Made by a program: the position numbers and the translations under genes. 64,000 nucleotides of DNA from Lytechinus pictus (Eukaryota). The notes under the pieces are model-generated. The model worked only from the letters and a program-made list of their open reading frames with translations. It searched no databases and was not told the DNA's origin. Of the stretch, positions 55,034 to 64,000 are shown one piece after another. Location of the stretch: contig NC_087246.1 in assembly GCF_037042905.1 (NCBI RefSeq), positions 5,024,001 to 5,088,000 on the forward strand, given 5' to 3'. The first letter of the stretch is position 1. Every line of letters starts with the position of its first letter.

Positions 55034-57702
55034 CAATTCATTCTTTTCTTTCATGAGAGACGGTTATGATAGTAATCTCTTTACTTCCTTGTCATCTTAG
55101 AGAATCATTTGAAGATGTCCTCCTGTGTGTGGAAGTTGAAAAGTGATATGAAATGTGGTACCCATGAGGAACCGTCACGTACATGTAGTGTTACTGATTG
55201 TGTATGTGTAATTAAAACACACCAGTCCTTTTGCCCTACTCTTAATAAAAGTCAAGTATTTTGAAAGCCTCCACTTCATCATATTTATCAACTACCAGAC
55301 ACATTGAATTGGCTATGCCAACTCCCCTACATGTATATTTATAATAGAAATAACACAGATTTCTGTGGGAAGTTCATCTTTAAAGTGGGACTATCATTGG
55401 CTTTGAAAACTGGCCTCAAATTTGGGTAACTACTTTTATTATTCAGATGTCTCTTTGTTCGTCTCATATCCAAAGCATCTCAAAGCTATGTGATTATCAG
55501 TCACATATGAATAATGAAAAGTTTCCCGTGGCGAGTACCGTTTGGCTGAGCAGCGCTCTGCTCGCGAATCGTGAGGTATGGGGGGGGGGGTCAAAAAACG
55601 TATAGTTCACTTTTTCCCTAGGGAAAAAATGGACTATGCGTGACGTCAGCAAGGAAAATGAACTATTTCACAGCAAACGTTTTTCGTAGTAAACTATTCT
55701 TTTTCTCCTTGTGTACACTCTCAATACAACAATCATAAGTAAGGGATATAATACACACCGGAGCACGTTGGAATTAGATGGTTGTATTTCTATAGGATGT
55801 CTGTTAAAGTTTGGATAGCCTTAAAACTTTCCCAATCAATAGTAAGTATGTCAATAGCTTTATTGCTATGGAAGCTTTCAGTTGATATCAAGTTCTATGG
55901 ATCAATAAAAAAACAACTTCATATTGAGAAATAATTTAGGGTATCATGTTCATGTTTGTCTGGTGTTGACATGTGTTTTCAGATGTCATTCTGAATCCTG
56001 TTTCATAAAACTTGTGATTAATGATAGGTAATAAGTCACTTTCATTAAACTTGTGCCATTTGATTTTCCAAAGACTAGTTTTGATTCACAATGAGATTTA
56101 TGACACAGGACCCAGGTTGCCTTGCTTGTATTTATCTTGGAGGGGGAGTTTGGTATTATACTACTTTATTAATGGCAAACATGGGTACTTACAGGCTCAT
56201 TAAGAGCATCACTGATTTAAAGTAATTCATTTGCTTTTCTTGTAACATGTGGTGATATTCAAGTTCAAGCATATTTCTATTTTTGTAATCCAGCTTATTC
56301 ATAATGGACATGTATTTGCTCTAAAGACTTGGTTATTGGTGAAGATGAGCCTATATTCACTGGTATGGTTTATTGAAAATATATCAAAATATAGTTTTAT
56401 CCTGTGTCCTGTCTGAATCCAACTTTTAGTAGAATAGTGTATTTTGGTCCCATTCTGTTTTCACAGTGCAGGAATTTGTATAGTTCTATAATATATACAT
56501 GTATAATCTTGCCTTTTGAAAAGTACTTAATACTTCCTGCTTCAGACACTGTAGACATGTTACATCCGTTATACTAATTACTCAAATACTAGCAGGTGAC
56601 TTTCAAATGCACAATGATTGCAGGATATTCATCATGATGTAATTAGTATTACAATGCTACTTTCTGAATGTACTTAAAGTGATTTATTTCTTTCATATCC
56701 ATTTTGTCATGTACATCTATGTTGGTGGAAACACCCATTCTTGCAATAGTGTACAACAAAAAATTTGAGATTTTTACAGTAATTTAGGGAGACATCCTTC
56801 CAAGCTTTCTTGTCTTGTTTACTATTTAAGATATTGACATCCCTTAGGATTAAATTATGTGTCACCTGGTTTTAGTACACAGTGGATTAACATGATAAAG
56901 CCAAGGAGACGAGGCAGGTCTACCTGTAGTCAAGTTCTCTTATTGCAAGTTTGAGAATGAATATGTATGTATGTGTGAGAGACTAACATTGTATTCTGAA
57001 TTATATTCAAATCATGAAGATGAACCCTACCTTATATATGAATGGTAATGGGACTATGCATATATCAACATCATGAAATTTGTTTGATATACGACTAGAT
57101 CCTACAAACCAGACATTTGTCACAAGAGAAAGAATGTGCTCATGCTTTTTAAAAACTTCACATTCTTTGAGTGCTTAGTTACCAAAAATTCTTTTCATTG
57201 TTTATAGGAGTATGGCTCCTCAAAATTTGTCAGCTCTAGATCAACATACTCAGTAATTAAATTTGCCTATAAAGGTAAATCTTTTAGGACTTAAGAAATC
57301 TGTTTGACTTAAGAAGTATGCATAATCTAAAAGAAAATCTTTGACTTGGACGAATATTCGACTTGGAAGTTGGAATTAATACTTGTATTTCTCAAAAGTT
57401 TCTGGTTTGACTGGGTCACCTAAACAATGTACTTCATTAACTATACTTTTTATTTGTTTCATAGATGCCTTGCAGAGTGGCTGCACAGAGGTTCAATGCT
57501 TTGACTTCTGTTTTCTTTCCAAATTTCTGTGTTGTAAACATTCAGTTTGTATTTATTGTAGTATTTATATCAGTGTCAGAAAATATATATTTGTTGAAAT
57601 AGTTTGTTTTATGTGTTGCAAATTTTTTTGGGGGATAAAATTGGAGGAGAATGGTCTCTGCTCCCAATTGAATGTTATTAGCTTTTAAGATACAAAGGAT
57701 AA

Positions 57703-57858
57703 CTTAAGGGGGAAGTTCACTCTAGTATGATGTTGGTTTTAATCAAAGCAGAAAAAGGGAACATATTGATGAAAATATGGAAAAAAATCCAATATTTTCT
57801 GTATATTTTCTTCATTTCTTAATATGCCTTTATCATCAGGGTGAACTTCGTCTTTAAC
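57703..57858. mobile_element. Internally deleted TTAA-flanked MITE
   Basis: TTAAGGGGGAAGTTCAC ... GTGAACTTCGTCTTTAA. Confidence 0.6.
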
Positions 57859-58084
57859 TATGATCATCTCTAGCGCATGCAATGAAATCATTTCACTCAG
57901 AAAGAAAAATGTGTAGGATTTCATATAATTTGTGACCTGATTTGGCTATAATCTTTCATATCCCACCAAATGGCTTTCTTGTCTCCACCTCTATTTTTCT
58001 CATTTCCTTTAACCAAATCATCAATATTTGCTGTATATTACATTTCTCTTGAAATAAACATACCCCACTCATGTAATATTGAAA

Positions 58085-58420
58085 AGGAAGTTCATCCTGA
58101 TGAAAAGTTTAATGTTAGAAAAGCAGAAAATTAATAAAAAGGATTGAAGGTTTGAGAATATCCATTAAGTTTTTGATTTGTGACGTCATATACGAGCAGC
58201 TGCCCGATGTTATGTAATATAAAATAAATTACAATTGCTTTAATGGTTAATGACTAAACAATTCATTCTTTCAGGAGCTGCTGTGAAATAATTTATCTGT
58301 TATACTAAACCCATTTTCAATTTTTTGATAAAGTGACATTTTATTGATTTTTAATTCATGATACATGGTGAGCTGCTCGCATATGACGCCACAAATCAAA
58401 ATTTAAATTCTAATAACTTT
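58085..58420. mobile_element. Fold-back MITE remnant related to 26285-26817
   Basis: GGAAGTTCATCCTG start. TTTTGATTTGTGACGTCATATACGAGCAGCT pairs with AGCTGCTCGCATATGACGCCACAAATCAAAA. Confidence 0.7.
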
Positions 58421-61400
58421 TTAAAATCTTTAAGAGTTGACAATGTGATTTGGTTGATTACAATTTAAAACATTCTTGGTAGTTACCCTTTTCCGTTGAG
58501 CAAAAAGGTAAACAGCTCCCAGCTCTTTTTATTTTGCCTTTCACTTATGCAATAAATAAGCACAATGTATTCTCAGCTGTACAATAAATATATGGAGAAG
58601 GGTGTATTTTTTTCTCTCGCATTTGAGATATTTTCAGAGATTGACTAGCATTCATTCTCTGATATTTTAAGAGGTTAGAAAATGTTTCAATTCAAAATAA
58701 ATATCTGCAATATTAAAGCAGCTACGTGGCTTGTAATGCATTATTTATTTTATGTACCGTACCTAGAATACCGGTAGATCGAGATTGTCGTACATTGGCC
58801 TTTGTTCCAATGACAATTAGTCTCACGAGTTGAAAACTGGCATACCTTTAATCCGGGCATAGTTTTATCTCATGACTGAACTTGTGGTATGCATGTCACC
58901 CATGATGTAATCTCCAAAATGTGATAATTGTGCCCAAAATATTCAAATTTAGTTTTGATATGTAAATAGCTCAAAAACCTCTCAATTTTGGTCTAGGCAT
59001 TCTTTAGAATTAATCAAATGAATTTAAAAATTCTGATATCAAAATTTTTTATTTTTTGTTTTTGTAATTTCTAAATATTTCTATGCTTTTGTTTGGGTTA
59101 TTTTTACAAAAAAAATTGTCAGCAACATTTTTTCAGTCATAAGTAATATGGAATCAATTGCTTCTAATCAGTAAAGTAAAAAAAAATAATAGATTTATGA
59201 ATTTTGGCTACATATAGACCCTGACATTCTATACTTTTATGAAAGATGTTATAACTTAAAGCTATTTGATGTACACATTAGGAAGGATTTCAAATAAGAT
59301 GGGGTAAGACGAACTAAGAAATGAAGAGGATAGAAAGAAAGAGGAAGAGAATGGTGAAAGGTTAATGATTTCAGACAAACTTCCACACAGAAAACATTAA
59401 TTTTTTTTCAACTGGATGCACCTTTAATTACAGGTCGGCGCGAAATATGAAACGTGAGAATATACAAATACACAAAAAGTTACATACATGGAATATTATA
59501 ATAACATCTATAGGCTAATTACCAAATTTCACAATCATTGAATTGTGAGATAAAACATTTTTAATTTACTCTATGTGAATCATCTGCTGTATACTTAGCT
59601 CTAGGACATGATAGAAATAATTGTACCTGAATTGACTAATGCATAGCACACCTTTACATATTCCCTACTAACTGAAAAAAAAGTTGTGATAATATTGTGC
59701 TCCAAAATTAATAAGTATAGTATAAGACCGACTCCACAGCTTTGATGGGCAACGTATGGGGGCAAGTTTTGTTCCCCCAAAAATGTCGCCTTTCAGAAAA
59801 GAGCCAGAAGACGTGCCTGTCAATCCACAATATTGCAAGACTGAAGTAAAACCACCATTCACAGAATGAAATGAGAATGATTACGTCCCTGCAGTTGAAA
59901 TTATATTTTTCATGGAAAAATGTGTATATTATAACACTGGGTACCGTAATACGTTACAACTCCCTATATAAATAAAAAATCTGGGGATGATATGCCTGCA
60001 TGGTGTGCACACACGCTTGGAAATCCACCAACAATTTTGAGCGGGGGGGGGGGGTAGAAAAATGCTCTTTTTCAAAGAGGCATGCACATGATTGTTGGAT
60101 GATGCTGCCATACAATACCATCATATGTAATTAAAAAAATTAAAAAGCTCTCCAAGGGATGAAGCTTAGTGACTGTCAAAGGACTGATTTCTACCATTGA
60201 TTACATGGAGTATTGAATATGATTGATCATCATAAAGAGCATCATCTGAACAATTGCTAAGTTTCATATCACAGGACCAAGGAGTGTGGCTAGGGGTCTT
60301 TATCAATATGTAATTTGTGGGAGTTGTTAAAAAATTTGTAAAATCAAATGTCTTGGAAATACATGTACATGTATATCGAGTACCAATCTAAAATCATTTG
60401 TGTGATAGAAACCAACCTCTTGATTCCATGGCCATTCAGTATAACAAGCTGGAATAGAGTATGTTCTCAAGTCCATTAGTTGAGTACATGAAATAGTGAT
60501 TATGTCAATGTGCTATTAGCCAGTAAACTTATGACTGACATGTTCACCATGCACATGAACTACAGACCTACATGGGATTTCATACTTTGTTACTTTCAAC
60601 TGACATTTTAGTGGTACAAATATCAATTAATCACGTTTTAGTTTCACACAAGATTTGATCCATAAAAATACAATCAGCATTTGTCACACAGTAATAACAT
60701 TGGTTCCTGTAAATTAATCAACTAACATGTATGCAATCTGTTTTTGCATAAATTGAGAACTTAAATACTCAAAAACTTACCGACATCTAAAATCTAAACA
60801 AGTCACAAAGAGTTTATACCTTTCTACAAACGTGTTTGTAAGGTTTTCATGTTATAAAACATGTACTAGATTATGACACTTAACACACCAAATACAACTA
60901 CATGTATTACTGACATGTATATACTGTATGTACAATATACACAATGATGGTGATGATTATTACGCAAGATTACATTCAGGTACAGTAAGTTACCAGTTTC
61001 CTTTGCTATCAAAACAAGGGCTATATTTGATTCATTAAAAATACAGGATAAGTAATACAAGAGTAGTATGAAAGACATTCTTTCTGATAAAATTATTTCC
61101 CTTCAAGTCAAGAGTTGTTTTTATACATACCTGGGTCATGTTGCATGAAAAATCAAAATATGGGTAACTTTACCATCGATAATTACGACAGAAATCTTGA
61201 TTTTAATTGGCTGTTCAGCCCTATTACCATGAAAGTAACAATTAATTAAAGTTATAATCAAATGAAGATTCATGCAACAGGGCCTACCTGTAGATGTGTC
61301 ATATTTCATGATCAAAGATCTCCGAGAAAGGTATATTAAAGATCATAATGCACACAAAGTCAATACCTTTGTGGCTTAATAACTAGATATCAGAATGGTC

Positions 61401-64000
61401 GGAAGTAAGGCAAAGATAACAGAAATGAGGCATAAATTTGTATGAATTACCCAATATCATCCATGAACTTGTCAATGAAATATGCATGTCTCTATCAAAC
61501 AACTCACCATCAATACTATACATGGATTAAATACAGTAAATATAAATAGATTTAATCTGTATCAACTACACCCCACTAACAAACACAAAAAACCCACCAT
61601 AAATCTTTTTAATATGTAACATAATTTTCAAAGAGTGTTTATTTTCATGTGAAGCTAGTAAAAATGCATACATGTACATGTAGGTACTGTCAGTAAAAAT
61701 CATAATTCAAAATTGGGGGTCGGCTAATAAAATGTAAAGAGAAACACAACAGAAAATATGATGTACATTTTATATATAATCTACACATGAAAATTATAAT
61801 ATTACAATAAATAAAAAATTAAACATCTAAATTCAAGACAAAGTCATGGCTACATGGAAATGAGCAGCACCTCATTATGTAAAATGATTGAAAGTTGATT
61901 GTACTTTCATTTAGTGATATTCAATGACATCATTCAAATAGTTTGGGATTCTAGAGAACCAATAATTATCTTAAGTCAAAATTCATGTATGTTCTTTATA
62001 AACAAGGCATATAAACAAAGTTTGATTTTGATTTCATTTTCATACATGGAGCTTTTGTCAGCAAATTGACACACAATATCCTAATGATATACAAGATATA
62101 CTAAACACTCCAGTTAAGTGGAGCTTGCTAAAGTATACAAAAGGAGTAACTGCCTTTTAATAGTACTTCTTTATTACAATTGAAGCTGAATATTTTGTTG
62201 CTAGCTTTAGATTTAATGGGCAGAAGTACTTTCACTTGCTTTACATATAAGCCTCTGATCAAATAAATGAATATATAAAAGATGAATATGTATCTTTTTA
62301 AACCTAAAATGAACTAAATTACCTAAGCTACATGATACCCTGTCACAACAGTTGTACTAACAAAACAGATTCTAAACCTACTGATAGTGTGTTAATTTTA
62401 ATAAAAAGATAAAATCTGTTCAGTCAGGAGTCCCTTTCATTAGCACAACTGCAGAATAACTGACAATTATTATTGATGGTAGCTGTATCTACAATCCCCC
62501 CACATAGAATAAGTTTAAATCAGAATTTATTGGGGAGCAAACATTGAAAGAACAGGAATAAAACATGATTATTGATATTCAAAGATATATAAAGTTGAGA
62601 GAAACATTGGTAATGGAATAGAATACCCTTGAAGGTCAGGAAACTGAGATCACAAATCAAAATTGGCAAGCTGCTCAACATTTCACTCACATCAAAAGAC
62701 TATCAGACCAGATAACATTACAACTTTTGAACATCTATCTTCAACTTGGTCCACACAATATTGCATAAACAAAGCCAACACTCAAACTTGCGAAAGCTTT
62801 GGTATTACGTCCTTCACATTTGTGCGTAATCCCAGTCATATACTATGAAAACCTGGTTATTCAACTTTAAAATTTGAGCCTTATATTTAGAAGTAAATTC
62901 TAGCTTGAATACATTTTTCAAAATTTCATTTGAAATTTTGAATATTTCAATTGTTTTTATTTTTTGTTTTTAAACCAATTCAAAAACACAATTTTCATAT
63001 CATGAATATGAAGTAGAATGGATGGGAAATGTGGTCACTGAAGGGAAAAGTGTTGTCTTGGAGCATGTCTTTATAAATTTTTATCCCAAATTTTACTGAC
63101 CAATATAATCAAAGGGAAAAGATAACGCAGCATAGGACTTCCTTACAATTATACATCGCATTTGGCAGTTTAATTTGCATAAAAAGTGAATAAGGGCCCC
63201 GTCTTACTAAGAACTTTGATCGATCTAATCAATCCCAACTGCTAAAACCCATCAATATCATCTAGGAGACTTATTCACTGTCCATTTTTCATTATTTTTT
63301 TTTTCAAAGGAGCATGGTGACTGGTCCAAAAATACTCCATACACAAGTTTTCATCAAGTACTAAGAGTATCCTTTGTAATAAAGGATGTATGCATACAAA
63401 TGACTGTCAATATTTGGATGGGCTGAACAAATTGCAGTTCTTCATAAGCCGAGGGTCCCAAAATAACAGTTCTCTGTAACTCTAGGATGTACCTTCAACC
63501 TAACTCTATCAATAATGCTGAATAGGAATTGTTTGTTTGTTCTTGTAGCTATACAGAGGCATGATGAATGCATGCAAAATTCAAAGACTGTGCCTCAATG
63601 TCTAATCCACAGGAAATATTACATCTCACAGTACAATGAACTCTAATCAAATTGTACAAAATGTAGCAGCAGGCCATATAAAAACATCCTACAATCATCA
63701 CTAGAGACCATTATGTAAAACATAGAAATATACTTACAAATACACAAGAAATGGATAAAATATGTTATTATTTACAAGTCTGAAATCACCTGAATTGAAG
63801 GGTCATGAGAGGATATTATTTGATAGCTGGTTAACAGATATAGTTCCCATATTGAAGCTCTATTCATGACCATGCACACATAGCTTTATTCATATCAGTA
63901 TTATATGGATTTGGGGCAAAATCTTATCTTATGACAAGTATTTCATATACAAGTCTAAAATATAATAGGGAAAAAATAACAATATAAAATATGTACACAA

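Overview
This is AT-rich animal genomic DNA with spliceosomal introns, not prokaryotic sequence. The repeat types and frequent TACATGTA suggest a marine invertebrate deuterostome such as a sea urchin (inference). Two intact + strand E3 ubiquitin ligase genes lie in tandem. MUL1/MAPL has 3 coding exons at 12902-16867 and encodes about 343 aa. TRIM37 has 23 predicted coding exons at 24491-55033 and encodes about 982 aa (RING, B-box, coiled coil, MATH, acidic/low-complexity tail). A probable first exon and promoter of a third, minus-strand gene lies near 6.3 kb, and the last ~4.5 kb may be the 3' UTR of a convergent gene outside the window. The rest is repeat-rich: a decayed CR1/L2-group LINE with an intact 3' end, two more LINE fragments, SINE remnants, hAT-like elements with target-site duplications, TTAA-flanked fold-back (Kolobok-like) elements, Harbinger-like MITEs, (GAT)n microsatellites and long polypurine tracts. 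Three copies of a Helentron/HINE-like element carry tandem AGGTCAAAGGTCA (DR1) motifs. I found no convincing new biological system; the findings are structural or regulatory hypotheses. All exon boundaries were read by hand from GT-AG sites and reading-frame continuity.
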